Origin: a virus | Lineage: Duplodnaviria; Caudoviricetes | IMG/VR virus record: IMGVR_UViG_3300042561_000852 | Location: 1 to 57,423 of that record | Length of the DNA stretch: 57,423 nt | Direction: 5' to 3' (one strand) | Shown here: positions 44,960 to 54,832 of the stretch, piece by piece | Layout of the letters: each line of letters opens with the position of its first letter | Position numbering within the stretch: the first letter of the stretch is position 1 | Notes under the pieces: generated by a model | What the model saw: the letters and a program-made list of their open reading frames with translations, nothing else | What the model was told of the DNA's origin: nothing | The model's database searches: none | Program-made: the position numbers and the translations under genes

Positions 44960-47014
44960 ATGGCAGGCAACGGATACGGGCTGATCGCAGTCCTGAACAA
45001 CCAGCAGCTGGACGAGCGCAATGCCGCGATCCAGCAGCAGCGCAGCGGGATGATGCCGTCTTCAGACCCCTATGCCGGGCTGGCAGACCGATTCAGCAGC
45101 TACGTCCGGACGTGCTTTCAGCAGGCGAAGGACGCGCGCAACCACATCGAGCTGCAGATGCTCGAAGACCTGCGCCAGCGAGAAGGCATCTACCCGCACG
45201 ACAAGCTGCACGAGATCCGGAAGCAGGGCGGCTCCGAGATCTTCATGATGCTGACCAACAACAAGTGCCGCGCGGCCGAGGCGTGGATTCGCGACGTCAT
45301 CTTTCAGCCAGGAGAGCGGCCTTACTACGGCAAGCGCACTCCCGTGGTCGAGCTGCCGCCCGAGCTGATGGATCAGCTGGCGCAGATGGTCGTGGGCGAG
45401 GCGCAGGATGCCATTGCCTCCGGGCTGGTAGTCACTGAGCGCGAGGTATTCGAGCGCGCCCAGGCTGTAGCGCGAGAGACGAAAACGCGGATGGAGCAGG
45501 AGGCCGATCGCCGCGCCAAGCTGATGGAAGACGCGATCGATGACAAGTTCCTCGAAGGCGGCTTCTATGACGCATTGGAGTGCATGATCCCCGACCTGGT
45601 CGCGTTGCCCTGCGGCGTGCTCAAGGGCCCGGTGATCCGCAACAAGCGAAAGCTGAAGTGGGCGAAAGACCCACGAACAGGCAAAAGCACCCCGCAGGCC
45701 ATCGACGAGCTGACGCCCTGCTACTACGCGCCGAGCCCGCTGGACCTGTACCCGAGCGCGGATAGTCGCAGCCCTGACGATGGCTTTCTGATCGAGCGCA
45801 TCCCCGTCCGCCGCCGCGCGCTCTACGCAATGATCGGCGTGCCGGGCTACAAGGAAGAGGCGATCAGGGCGGCCCTGAGCGAGTACCAGAAGGGCCACAC
45901 GCTCGAAGTCGGCTTCGATCAGCAGCGCCGCGAGATCGAGGGCGCGCGCAACTGGCAGCTTGCGCCAGACAAGGCCATCGACGTGCTGGAGTTCCACGGC
46001 AGCGTACCGGGCGAGCTTCTGATCGAGTGGGGCATGGAGCCCGAGCGTGTGCCGGACCCGGATGCGGACTATGAGGTCACCGCTTGGCTTGTCGGCCGCT
46101 TCGTCGTGCGCTGCGTGCTCAACGAGGATCCGCTGCGCCGCCGACCGTACATGATCGCGAGCTACGACAAGATCAACGGCAGCTTCTGGGGCCGCGGCGT
46201 GCCGCGCCTGATCCGCGACAGCCAGGACACCTGCAATGCCGCAGCCCGGTCGCTGATCAACAACATGGCCTTCGCCTCTGGGCCCATGTACGAGGCCGAG
46301 ATGGATCGGCTCGCCGACGGCGAAGACCCGACCGTTATCTATCCGTGGCGAGCGTTCCAGACCAAGGCCAGCGGCACGACACCGGCGCCGGCGATCCGCT
46401 TCTTCGTGGTTCCGAGCATCGCGAACGAGCTGATGCAGGTCTACCAGTTCTTCAGCCAGCTGGCAGACGCCTACAGCGGCGTGCAGAGCTTCGAGCACGG
46501 CCAGAACCAGACCCGCGGCGCAGCTGGCACCGCCAGCGGCCTGAGCATGCTGTTCAACGCCGGCAGCCGATTGGTCAAGCGGGTGATCGCGAATATCGAC
46601 CGCTGCATCGTCGGCATGGTCGAGCGCACGCACACGCACATCATGCTGCACGCGCCCGAGCACTACATGAAGGGCGACATCGAGGTCGAGGCCCGCGGCG
46701 CTACTGCGCTGCTGGTGAAGGAGACGCAGCAGATGCGCTTGGCCGAATTCATGGGTGCGACGGCGAACCCGATCGACGGTCAGATCATGGGCGCCGAGGG
46801 TCGTGCGGAGCTGCTGCGCGAGGCCGTCAAGGCGCTTTCAATCGACCCGGACAAGGTGATCCCGAGCGAGGACAAGATGCGCGCGCAGATGATGATGGCG
46901 CAGATGCAGGCCATGGCCCCGCAGGCCCAGCCAGGGCCCGGACAGGGCTCTGCGTCGCGCGAGCTCACGCCGGCTGGCGATGACGCGGGCGGCATGAATC
47001 TGGTCAGCAATTAA
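44960..47014 (+). CDS. Portal protein
   Basis: 684 aa after terL; FWGRGV...D.Q...N...R...NN; TASGLSML. Confidence 0.9.
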   Translation: MAGNGYGLIAVLNNQQLDERNAAIQQQRSGMMPSSDPYAGLADRFSSYVRTCFQQAKDARNHIELQMLEDLRQREGIYPHDKLHEIRKQGGSEIFMMLTNNKCRAAEAWIRDVIFQPGERPYYGKRTPVVELPPELMDQLAQMVVGEAQDAIASGLVVTEREVFERAQAVARETKTRMEQEADRRAKLMEDAIDDKFLEGGFYDALECMIPDLVALPCGVLKGPVIRNKRKLKWAKDPRTGKSTPQAIDELTPCYYAPSPLDLYPSADSRSPDDGFLIERIPVRRRALYAMIGVPGYKEEAIRAALSEYQKGHTLEVGFDQQRREIEGARNWQLAPDKAIDVLEFHGSVPGELLIEWGMEPERVPDPDADYEVTAWLVGRFVVRCVLNEDPLRRRPYMIASYDKINGSFWGRGVPRLIRDSQDTCNAAARSLINNMAFASGPMYEAEMDRLADGEDPTVIYPWRAFQTKASGTTPAPAIRFFVVPSIANELMQVYQFFSQLADAYSGVQSFEHGQNQTRGAAGTASGLSMLFNAGSRLVKRVIANIDRCIVGMVERTHTHIMLHAPEHYMKGDIEVEARGATALLVKETQQMRLAEFMGATANPIDGQIMGAEGRAELLREAVKALSIDPDKVIPSEDKMRAQMMMAQMQAMAPQAQPGPGQGSASRELTPAGDDAGGMNLVSN

Positions 47015-47019
47015 GTGCC
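47005..47019 (+). promoter_or_regulatory. Late motif CAGCAATTAAGTGCC, copy 3
   Basis: 14/15 match; overlaps the portal stop codon; upstream of scaffold/capsid. Confidence 0.65.
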
Positions 47020-47030
47020 CGAGGAAGCGC

Positions 47031-47312
47031 ATGCGATTCAATGAGGACGAAGTCATAGCTCTGGCGCGACTGGAGCATGACCGCAGTTTTGACGTGGTGC
47101 TGAAGGCATTGCAGTTGGAGCTGGACGAGTGCAGGGCGCGGCTGCTGAAGGCATCCGACCCTGTGTCCATCTACCGCGAGCAAGGCCGAGCCGAAGTGCT
47201 CGACACCATCGTCAGGAGCGCAGCCGAGGCGCCGAAGCGCGCCCGAGAGCTGCAGGAGCTGAAGACCCCGGCCCGATCTGCAGTCGGACACCGAGGACCA
47301 TGGACAGGTTGA
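47031..47312 (+). CDS. Conserved small protein between portal and scaffold
   Basis: GAGGA SD; IYREQGRA. Confidence 0.75.
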   Translation: MRFNEDEVIALARLEHDRSFDVVLKALQLELDECRARLLKASDPVSIYREQGRAEVLDTIVRSAAEAPKRARELQELKTPARSAVGHRGPWTG

Positions 47313-47379
47313 CCGAACACCCGGAAGGGCTCGGCGCCAGCGAATACCGCGATAGCGGCTCGACAAGGAACGTCACAAC

Positions 47380-48282
47380 ATGAATTTGCCGAAGCAGGTG
47401 CAGGAACAGGAACGAAAGGCCAACGAGGCGCTTGACCGGATTCGCCAGGGCGGTACGCCCCCGGCCGGAAACGAAGCGCCGCCCCAGCAAGAACCCATCG
47501 CCCAGGCTCCGGCCCCGGATTGGGAAGCGCGCTACAGGGCGCTGCAGGGGAAATACAACGCCGAAGTGCCGCGGCTGTCCGAGCTGGTGAAATCCCAGCA
47601 AGAGCAGATCGAGGCAGCCAGGCGCGAAATCGAGGCCCTGAAGTCCCGTCCGCCTGCGGCAGACACTCGCATCGATCTGACTGCGAGCCTGCCCGAGGAA
47701 GTGAGGGATCGCTACGACCCGGAAATGCTGCAGACGATGGCTCAGATCGCCCAGCAGGCGGCCGAGAAAGAAGCCAAGGAAGCGAGAGAGGAAGCGGAGC
47801 GGGCGCGACAAGAGCGCCTACAGCGATCCGATGCGCTGCTCACAGAGCAGCGGAAGGCGGAAATGCTGGACGCTCTGGACGATCTTTCGCCCGACTGGCG
47901 CGTCATCGACAAAAGCCCGGGCTTTGTTGCCTACCTCAATCAGCCCGACCCTGCCACAGGCAAGCATCTGCGGGACACGCTCAACGCTGCGGTTCAGCGA
48001 TTCGATGCGGCCACGGCCGCGCGCATTTTCAACCGCTTCGCGATGACCGCCCTGCCCCAAACCCCTGCGGCACCGCCGACTCCGAGCTTGGAGTCTCAGC
48101 GAGTGCCGGAAATTGCTGGCGCCGGACTGAGCGCGCCGGCCGGCGACAAGCGGATTTTCACCAAGGCCGAGGCCAAGGCGGAATACACGCGAGCCGCTGG
48201 GCTGGTGATCAGCAACCCCAAGCGCGCAGCAGAAATCGAGCGCGAAATCGACCTCGCACATGCCGAGGGCCGTATTCGCTGA
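47380..48282 (+). CDS. Capsid scaffolding protein
   Basis: WEARY..LQGKY, coiled coil, C-terminal EID.A..EGRI; precedes the capsid gene. Confidence 0.85.
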   Translation: MNLPKQVQEQERKANEALDRIRQGGTPPAGNEAPPQQEPIAQAPAPDWEARYRALQGKYNAEVPRLSELVKSQQEQIEAARREIEALKSRPPAADTRIDLTASLPEEVRDRYDPEMLQTMAQIAQQAAEKEAKEAREEAERARQERLQRSDALLTEQRKAEMLDALDDLSPDWRVIDKSPGFVAYLNQPDPATGKHLRDTLNAAVQRFDAATAARIFNRFAMTALPQTPAAPPTPSLESQRVPEIAGAGLSAPAGDKRIFTKAEAKAEYTRAAGLVISNPKRAAEIEREIDLAHAEGRIR

Positions 48283-48338
48283 ACCTGTAGGCCTGCACAG
48301 GACGTGCGGGCTCTGTCTCAAGGACCGAGGACAACACC

Positions 48339-49259
48339 ATGGGCGTTACCGCCGCTTCTGGCTTCCCGCAGAACTCGGGGACTCTGATTCCCGAAATCTG
48401 GTCGGGCAAGCTGCTCACCAAGTTCTATTCCAACACCGTCATCCCGGCGATCTCCAACACCGACTACGAGGGCGAAATCTCGAAGCAGGGCGACGTCGTC
48501 AAGATCCGCACCGTGCCGGACATCATCATCCGCGACTACGAGAAGGGTCAGCCGCTCGAAACCCAGACCCCGGAAACGGGCCTGGTGGATCTCGAAATCA
48601 ACAAGGCGCATTACTTCAACTTCGCAGTCGACGACATCGACAAGTTCCAGTCCGACATCGACTTCATGTCGAAGTGGACCGAGGATGCCGCGAAGCAGCT
48701 GAAGATCTACCAGGATCGCCTGATTCTGGCGGACGTGTACGCCGATGCGGCCACCCCCAACCAGGGCGCCAACGCGGGCAAGCTGACCGCCGGCTTTGCG
48801 CTGGGCGTCCCTGGCACCCCGATTGCTCTGACGGCGGCCAACGTTCTGGACTTCATCGTCGATTTGGGCACCGTGCTCGACGAGCAGGACATCCCGGACG
48901 AGGACCGCAAGCTGGTTCTGCCTGCTTGGGCGGTTGCCCTGATCAAGAAGTCCGACCTGAAGGACGCGAGTCTCGCCGGTGACGGCACCTCGATCCTGCG
49001 CAACGGTCGCGCCGGCATGGTTGACCGCTTTGAGATCTACAGCTCGAACCTGATTTCGAGCGTGGTCGACGGAGTCAACCGCGCCTTCAACGCCATGGCC
49101 ATGCACACGCAGGCGCTCACCTACGCGGCCCAGATCGTCAACTCGGAAGTGATCAAGTCCGAGCTGAGTTTCGGCCACAAGGCGCGCGGCTTGCTGGTCT
49201 ACGGCTACAAGGTGAAGAACCCCGAGGCGCTGGTCCACGCGTACATCCGCAAGGGCTGA
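48339..49259 (+). CDS. Major capsid protein
   Basis: IPEIWSGKL...NTDYEGEI...GD.V.I; very strong codon bias; GL.VYG.KV. Confidence 0.92.
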   Translation: MGVTAASGFPQNSGTLIPEIWSGKLLTKFYSNTVIPAISNTDYEGEISKQGDVVKIRTVPDIIIRDYEKGQPLETQTPETGLVDLEINKAHYFNFAVDDIDKFQSDIDFMSKWTEDAAKQLKIYQDRLILADVYADAATPNQGANAGKLTAGFALGVPGTPIALTAANVLDFIVDLGTVLDEQDIPDEDRKLVLPAWAVALIKKSDLKDASLAGDGTSILRNGRAGMVDRFEIYSSNLISSVVDGVNRAFNAMAMHTQALTYAAQIVNSEVIKSELSFGHKARGLLVYGYKVKNPEALVHAYIRKG

Positions 49260-49263
49260 TCGT

Positions 49264-49290
49264 GAGCGGGGCCGCTTCGGCGGCCTCGCT
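49264..49290 (+). terminator. Hairpin after the capsid gene
   Basis: AGCGGGGCCGC-TTCG-GCGGCCTCGCT; weak U tract. Confidence 0.6.
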
Positions 49291-49317
49291 TCCGTCCACT
49301 GATTCGAGGATCCGAAA

Positions 49318-49731
49318 ATGTCCACCAAGCTTCCGTACACGTCGATCTCGGGCACTGTCGTGCTCAAAAGCACGATCGACTTCAAGGCCGCGCCGGCACT
49401 GGCTGCTGCTGTTGTGGCTGCTCTGGCAATCCCGGCTGGCACCCTGGTGCAGCGCGTCGGCTACACCGTCATCACCCCCGAGGGCGGCACCGCTGCCGGC
49501 ACGCTGGGCGATGGCGCTGACGTCGATGGCTACATCGCGGCCGTCAACCTCAACTCTGCCGCCGGCACCAAGGCGATCAGCACGCTCGCTCTGACCACTG
49601 GCACGCCCAACACCGTCACCGGCTACAGCAACGGCAAGTTCTACACCGTCGCCGACACCATCGACTTCATCCCGGGCAATGACCTGGATGCGGCCGTGGT
49701 CGAGTTTTGGGCGATCTGCGTCCAGCCGTAA
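49318..49731 (+). CDS. Capsid decoration/cement protein
   Basis: Beta-rich; IPAGT.V...G..GD..D.DGY; follows the capsid gene. Confidence 0.7.
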   Translation: MSTKLPYTSISGTVVLKSTIDFKAAPALAAAVVAALAIPAGTLVQRVGYTVITPEGGTAAGTLGDGADVDGYIAAVNLNSAAGTKAISTLALTTGTPNTVTGYSNGKFYTVADTIDFIPGNDLDAAVVEFWAICVQP

Positions 49732-49785
49732 CAGGATCGCCCCGGCTTCGGCTGGGGCGATTCTCCCCGTCCAAGGAGTAGGACC

Positions 49786-50139
49786 ATGCGTTTCCTGTTG
49801 CAGAGCAAGACCGGCAAGATCCTTGCCTACACGCCAGAGCTCGCCAAGCGCACCGACATGACCGAGGTTTCGGCCGAGATTGCCGCGGCCGTGAGAATCA
49901 ATCGCCCGCTGCCGGTGCAGGCCCAGGCCGAAGACATCGAGCCGCGCGAGCAGCACAGCCTTCCGACCGAAGAAGTCCCGCCAGAGCTGAATGAAGTCGC
50001 CACCATCATGGCGTTCGACGACAAGACTGCTCTGGAAGAGTGGGCGCGCGCCAAGGGCATCGAGCTCGACCGTCGCAAGAGCCTCGCGAACCTGAAGCAA
50101 GAGACTCTGCAGTTCCTCGGCCACCAGACTGAGGGCTGA
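49786..50139 (+). CDS. Hypothetical head-region protein
   Basis: AAGGAG SD; GIELDRRKS. Confidence 0.7.
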   Translation: MRFLLQSKTGKILAYTPELAKRTDMTEVSAEIAAAVRINRPLPVQAQAEDIEPREQHSLPTEEVPPELNEVATIMAFDDKTALEEWARAKGIELDRRKSLANLKQETLQFLGHQTEG

Positions 50140-50141
50140 CC

Positions 50142-50828
50142 GTGCTGGCGTCCGACGTCCTGACCCCTGCGCGCGATGCGCTGTTCGACACCGCCGGCAC
50201 GCGCTGGGCGGACGCCGAACTGCTGCGCTACCTGTCCCACGGGCAGGTCGTCGTCGTGGGTCTGCGTCCGGACGCCAACTCGATCACAGAGACGCTGCGG
50301 CTGGCTGGCGGCACGCTTCAGAGCATCCCCGCGGCCGGCACGCGCCTGCTGCGGGTGGTGCGCAACCGGAGCGCTGTTGCCGCTGATGCTGCGCCAGGCC
50401 GGGCCGTTCGAATCACCAGCCGCGAAGCGCTCGACACCGAAGACCCGAATTGGCACACGCGGCGCCCGTCGGCTCGCATCGAGCACTACATGGTCGATGC
50501 CTACACGCCGCGGCAGTTCTACGTCTACCCGCCAGCGCTGGGGACTGTAGGCGCAGTTCCCGCAGGCGGTCAGCCGGCATCGCACGTCGAAGTCGTGTAT
50601 TCGGCCAACCCGGCAAACGTCACCAACACCGGCGCGACGCTGACCCTTCCGGATCAGTACCTGACCCCGTTGGTCGAGTTCGTCCTGTACCGCGCCTTTG
50701 CCAAGGACTCGAGTGCTGCCGGAAACATGCAGCGCGCGCAGATGCACCTTCAGGCCTTCGCCCAGGCGCTTGGCCTCAACTTCAGCGCGGAGCTGCAGGC
50801 CGTCGCCGCCGCTCCGCAGGGAGCCTGA
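50142..50828 (+). CDS. Head-tail adaptor (DUF6682-like)
   Basis: RW...EL..YL...RPDA...FYVYPP...LYRAF.KD. Confidence 0.8.
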   Translation: MLASDVLTPARDALFDTAGTRWADAELLRYLSHGQVVVVGLRPDANSITETLRLAGGTLQSIPAAGTRLLRVVRNRSAVAADAAPGRAVRITSREALDTEDPNWHTRRPSARIEHYMVDAYTPRQFYVYPPALGTVGAVPAGGQPASHVEVVYSANPANVTNTGATLTLPDQYLTPLVEFVLYRAFAKDSSAAGNMQRAQMHLQAFAQALGLNFSAELQAVAAAPQGA

Positions 50829-50831
50829 CCT

Positions 50832-51467
50832 GTGGCCTTGCTCGATGACCTGCTTCCCGAGACTCGCCCGGGCCTCTCGCAGCTTCCCGACGTCTCGCTT
50901 GTGGCCGCCCTGCGCCGCGGCGCGCAGCGGTTTCTCCGCGAGTCGCAGGTCTGGGCCGATGACTTGGAAGCCTTCGCGCTGGTCGTCGGCCGGCACACGT
51001 ACCCGCTGCCGCTGCCTGATGGCGCGCGCGTCGAGCGGATCTTGACCGTCAAGGTCAACGGCAGAGAGATCGACGTGCAGATGCGCCCCCGCGAGCTGCG
51101 TGCGCTGGCCGATACCGACGGCCCACCGACCGCATGGGCGATCTTCGATTCCCAGGACGAGCAGGTCATCGCCTTCGATCGCACGCCGCGCGCAGCCGAG
51201 GCTGGTTTTTCCGTCGCGATCCACGCATCCCTGGCGATTACCAACGAGGCCGCGGAGCTTCCCGACTGGATCGTCAACGACTGGCATGACGGCATCGTCG
51301 CAGGCGCGCGCATGGAGCTTCTGGGGCAGCGCGGCACGCCGCACTACGACCCGGACGCAGCGGCGCGAGAGCGCTTCAACTTCTCGATGGACGTTGCCCG
51401 CGCCAAGCGCGTGCAGGTGAGCGGTCGGCATGCGCTGCTGCGGGCTCAGCCGCGGCCGTGGGTGTGA
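50832..51467 (+). CDS. Tail/adaptor structural protein
   Basis: F...SQVW...LP......W.D.I..GA; position. Confidence 0.7.
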   Translation: MALLDDLLPETRPGLSQLPDVSLVAALRRGAQRFLRESQVWADDLEAFALVVGRHTYPLPLPDGARVERILTVKVNGREIDVQMRPRELRALADTDGPPTAWAIFDSQDEQVIAFDRTPRAAEAGFSVAIHASLAITNEAAELPDWIVNDWHDGIVAGARMELLGQRGTPHYDPDAAARERFNFSMDVARAKRVQVSGRHALLRAQPRPWV

Positions 51468-51470
51468 GCC

Positions 51471-51695
51471 ATGTTCAACGGCTTCCGCTTCAATGGCGCG
51501 GCCTTCAACTCCTTCGGCTTCGCCATCGGCCTTCAGAGCGATGCCCGCGAGCCGGATTTCCGCTGGCTCATGGTCGACGCGCAGGACTTCACCGTCAGGC
51601 TTGCACCACAGGACTTCGGCATTCGCGTCCTGCCCGGCGGGGATCGCCTGACCGTACCGCCGCGGACCAAGACCATCACCGTGCGCAAGGACTGA
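51471..51695 (+). CDS. Small virion protein
   Basis: FNGF.FN N-terminus; tail region. Confidence 0.6.
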   Translation: MFNGFRFNGAAFNSFGFAIGLQSDAREPDFRWLMVDAQDFTVRLAPQDFGIRVLPGGDRLTVPPRTKTITVRKD

Positions 51696-51699
51696 CGCA

Positions 51700-52011
51700 G
51701 TGAAGACGTTTCCTAAGCAGCCAGCAGAGCGCCTGGCCTACGACATCGACCTAACCGACTGGTTTCAGGCTCTGATTGACGTCGACCAGCTGGATAGCGC
51801 GACGCTGGACATTGTGTCAGCGACCGATGGCGATCCTGACAGCATGACCGCCGAGCTCAACGCCAGCTTTCTCGGCACGCCGCCGACCATCGTCAAGGTC
51901 TGGGTCCAGGGCGGTCTGACCGGTGTCGACTACCAGCTCACCGTGCGAGCAACGACGACGCAAGGGCGGATCAAAGAGGTCGATTTTCGCGTGCGCGTGA
52001 GGGAGCTCTGA
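51700..52011 (+). CDS. Fibre-tail adaptor-like protein
   Basis: F.KQP.E.L.YDID...VKVW..GG..G..Y..T....T..GR. Confidence 0.7.
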   Translation: MKTFPKQPAERLAYDIDLTDWFQALIDVDQLDSATLDIVSATDGDPDSMTAELNASFLGTPPTIVKVWVQGGLTGVDYQLTVRATTTQGRIKEVDFRVRVREL

Positions 52012-53888
52012 TGCAGGCCTTCACCATCGAGAACGATGTCCTGGCTGGCGTCATCGGGCCTGTTGGCCCTGGCGACACCACGATCAGCCTGCGCGCTCCT
52101 GTCGCGCCCTTCCGTGCGCCGCCTGCGCCCCTGGATTCTGGCCGACCCGGCGTCCTGACCATCGTCGACCGTCTGTCGATGCCAACGGCGATCGAGGTCA
52201 TCACCTACACGACGCGCACGATCAACGGCGACGGCTCTGTCACCCTCGGCGGCGTCACGCGCGGCCTGCAGGGCACCACCGGCCGGGCCTGGACGAATGC
52301 GGCTCAGGCCTATCAGGCGCCGACCCGCGACCAACTGCAGCAGACGACGCTCGGCGCGCAGCTTGGCTCTGTTGCGGACGCCGCCGCTGCGCGCGCGCTG
52401 ATCGGCGCCGGCACTGGCAATGGCACGATCACCGGCGTGGGCGTGGATGCGCCGCTGCAGAGCACTGGCGGCGCTTCGCCGACGCTGTCGATGCCCGCAG
52501 CCACCGCCGCAAGCGACGGCCACATGACTAGCGCACAGGCCGCGAAGCTCAACGGCATCGCCGCAGGCGCGCAGGTCAACGTCGGCACCAACCTGGCTGT
52601 CGGCGGCAGCGGAAACGCTCGCACCTTGACCAGCAGCACCGGCGACGACGCGGATCTGCCGCTGTCCTCTGGCGCTGCTGCTGGCCTCATGTCTCTGGAG
52701 CAGCACACAAAGCTGGCCGGCATCGCTACCGGCGCGACCGCGTACACCAACGCAATGGTGCGCGCGCAGATCGAGTCGATGCTGCAGAACGGCACCAACG
52801 TCACCTTCAGTTTCAGCGGCAGCGGCGACAGCAGAGCCCTGACGATCAACGCCAGCGGCGGCGGTGTCGGCGGAAGCCCTGGCGGCCCTGACCGCAGCAT
52901 CCAGTTCAACAACGCGGGCGCATTCGCAGGCTCGGAGCAGCTGACGTGGTCGGCGGACTTCACCGGCCTCGTAGTGCCTGCGGTCTACGGGTTCGATCGC
53001 GTCTTCGTGACTAGCGTCATCGACCCGGAAGTCGGCACCGCCGCGGTGGCCACCGAGACGATGGCCGTGTCCGAAGTCGAGGGTGTCGCCTCCTGGCAGC
53101 TGCAGCTGCGTTCCCGAGACGGCGGTGGCCTCGTGCGCATGCGTCTGCGCTCGGACGATGTCGGCCCGCAGATCGCTTTCGGCTCCGGCGACTTCGTCGG
53201 CTTCTGGCACGCCGAGAATTTCGACCCGACCCAAGGCCCCGAGGTCGAAACGGTCGCGGGCACCACCTACGACTTCGTCAACAGCGATTCGGGCAAGTAC
53301 AAGCGCGCGACCGCCACCGGCGCCAAGACCTTTGTGGTGGACGCGACGGTCACAAAGCCGCGGTGGGAGTGCCACGTTCACAATTCGGCCACGAGCGGGA
53401 ACCTGACGATTGCCGGCGACGGCGTGACGATCAACGCCGTGGCCGACGGATCTGTGATCCTGCCTCCTGGCGCGTTCGCGACGATGCGCAGGACGGCGGC
53501 GGGGGAGTTCGAGGCCCAGGCTGTTCTGGTGCAAAGCGTCGCAGGGCGCATCGGCGCCGTCGTGCTGTCGGATGCCGATGTGCCGGCGACGGTAGAGGAG
53601 TGGGACACCACCACCAAGACCACAGCACTTGCAGACCGCGGCAAGTACATCTACGCGACCGCGACCGGCGCCAAGACACTCACGTTCGACACTGTCGCGG
53701 GTGGGGCTGATGGCGAGTACCACTACCGAAACGACGCGGAGTCAGGTGATTTGACGCTGATTGCCGACGGCGTAACGCTCAAGGCGCCAAAGGGCGGGAC
53801 ACTTGTTCTTGAACCTGGCGACACTGTGACCGTAAAGCGCGTGGAGTCGAACGTGCTGCATGTTTTTGGCTCTACTAAGGCGGCCTGA
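52011..53888 (+). CDS. Tail fibre protein
   Basis: V.RG.QGT; two KL.GIA.GA repeats; duplicated C-terminal domain. Confidence 0.8.
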   Translation: MQAFTIENDVLAGVIGPVGPGDTTISLRAPVAPFRAPPAPLDSGRPGVLTIVDRLSMPTAIEVITYTTRTINGDGSVTLGGVTRGLQGTTGRAWTNAAQAYQAPTRDQLQQTTLGAQLGSVADAAAARALIGAGTGNGTITGVGVDAPLQSTGGASPTLSMPAATAASDGHMTSAQAAKLNGIAAGAQVNVGTNLAVGGSGNARTLTSSTGDDADLPLSSGAAAGLMSLEQHTKLAGIATGATAYTNAMVRAQIESMLQNGTNVTFSFSGSGDSRALTINASGGGVGGSPGGPDRSIQFNNAGAFAGSEQLTWSADFTGLVVPAVYGFDRVFVTSVIDPEVGTAAVATETMAVSEVEGVASWQLQLRSRDGGGLVRMRLRSDDVGPQIAFGSGDFVGFWHAENFDPTQGPEVETVAGTTYDFVNSDSGKYKRATATGAKTFVVDATVTKPRWECHVHNSATSGNLTIAGDGVTINAVADGSVILPPGAFATMRRTAAGEFEAQAVLVQSVAGRIGAVVLSDADVPATVEEWDTTTKTTALADRGKYIYATATGAKTLTFDTVAGGADGEYHYRNDAESGDLTLIADGVTLKAPKGGTLVLEPGDTVTVKRVESNVLHVFGSTKAA

Positions 53889-53890
53889 TT

Positions 53891-54577
53891 ATGATTCTTG
53901 GAATGCCAGCGCGGAGGCTTGCGGCTCCTGCAATCGAGGCAGCGTGGGCAGCGGCGCCGTCTGTTAATGCCATCCGTTCCGAGTCAAACAGACGGTTTGA
54001 GGCCGACGTTTCCGGCTCTGGAACATATGCAAACGTAGTTTGCGACAAGGTTTTGCAAAATCTTGGGTATTACTCAGCCGAAGTTAACGTTGAAGGCGGG
54101 GAGGTCTCCGCTGTTGGTTTATGCTATTACGCAACCGATTTTGATGCTTCAAACGCTGAACACTGGTCTGGCGTAGCGGTTAGCGGATTTGTTACTGGCG
54201 AATCTAACCTTGGATTTTGGGGAAATACAGGCATCATTTACAGGAGGTCATTAGCGGTAGCATCGCTTCCCGCATCTAATTCCGTAGATTTGCAAATAGC
54301 GGTCAGAAGAGAAGGATCATCTTGGCGCGTATGGATGCGAACTGACGGTGGAAATTGGAACAATATCTCTCCGTCTCCAGGGTCTCCCGATCCTGTTGCA
54401 GACACTGGGCCTTTCTTCGTGTTCACGGACGACACAGAGACCAGACTCCAGCTAATCGCTACAATTCAGAGATCTGGCGCATCGTCGGCTCGCTTTGTGC
54501 GGTTGCACGGAAATGCGTCTGAGACGACCGGGGCTGTGCCGGATGGATTTACTGCTGCTCTCTTTGCGGACCCATAA
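53891..54577 (+). CDS. Low-GC beta-sandwich protein, putative receptor-binding subunit
   Basis: Marked A/T-ending codon usage; directly after the fibre gene. Confidence 0.65.
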   Translation: MILGMPARRLAAPAIEAAWAAAPSVNAIRSESNRRFEADVSGSGTYANVVCDKVLQNLGYYSAEVNVEGGEVSAVGLCYYATDFDASNAEHWSGVAVSGFVTGESNLGFWGNTGIIYRRSLAVASLPASNSVDLQIAVRREGSSWRVWMRTDGGNWNNISPSPGSPDPVADTGPFFVFTDDTETRLQLIATIQRSGASSARFVRLHGNASETTGAVPDGFTAALFADP

Positions 54578-54617
54578 TGACAACCCGCACCCACGCTCTA
54601 TTCATCGGATGCTTCAA

Positions 54618-54830
54618 ATGAAAACCTCCCTCGATTGGACAAAGCAAGCCCTTCTCGACTACGCCGACACGCTCCCCAAGTCGGCGCAGCAACCTGTGCT
54701 TGCCTGTGCCGACTATCACGTCCGCGCGATCGAGAAAGACTTGGCCGAACTCGCGAGCCTGAAGCAGAAGATCGCTTCGCTTGAGTCCCAGATGGACAAC
54801 ATCGGTGCGCCGGCAGGACTGGAGGGCTGA
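54618..54830 (+). CDS. Small coiled-coil hypothetical protein
   Basis: Fills the gap before the tail gene; start uncertain. Confidence 0.5.
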   Translation: MKTSLDWTKQALLDYADTLPKSAQQPVLACADYHVRAIEKDLAELASLKQKIASLESQMDNIGAPAGLEG

Positions 54831-54832
54831 GC

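Noticed and set aside
53292-53677. Diversity-generating retroelement TR/VR pair
   Set aside because: Both copies are coding, differences are not adenine-specific, and no reverse transcriptase is encoded
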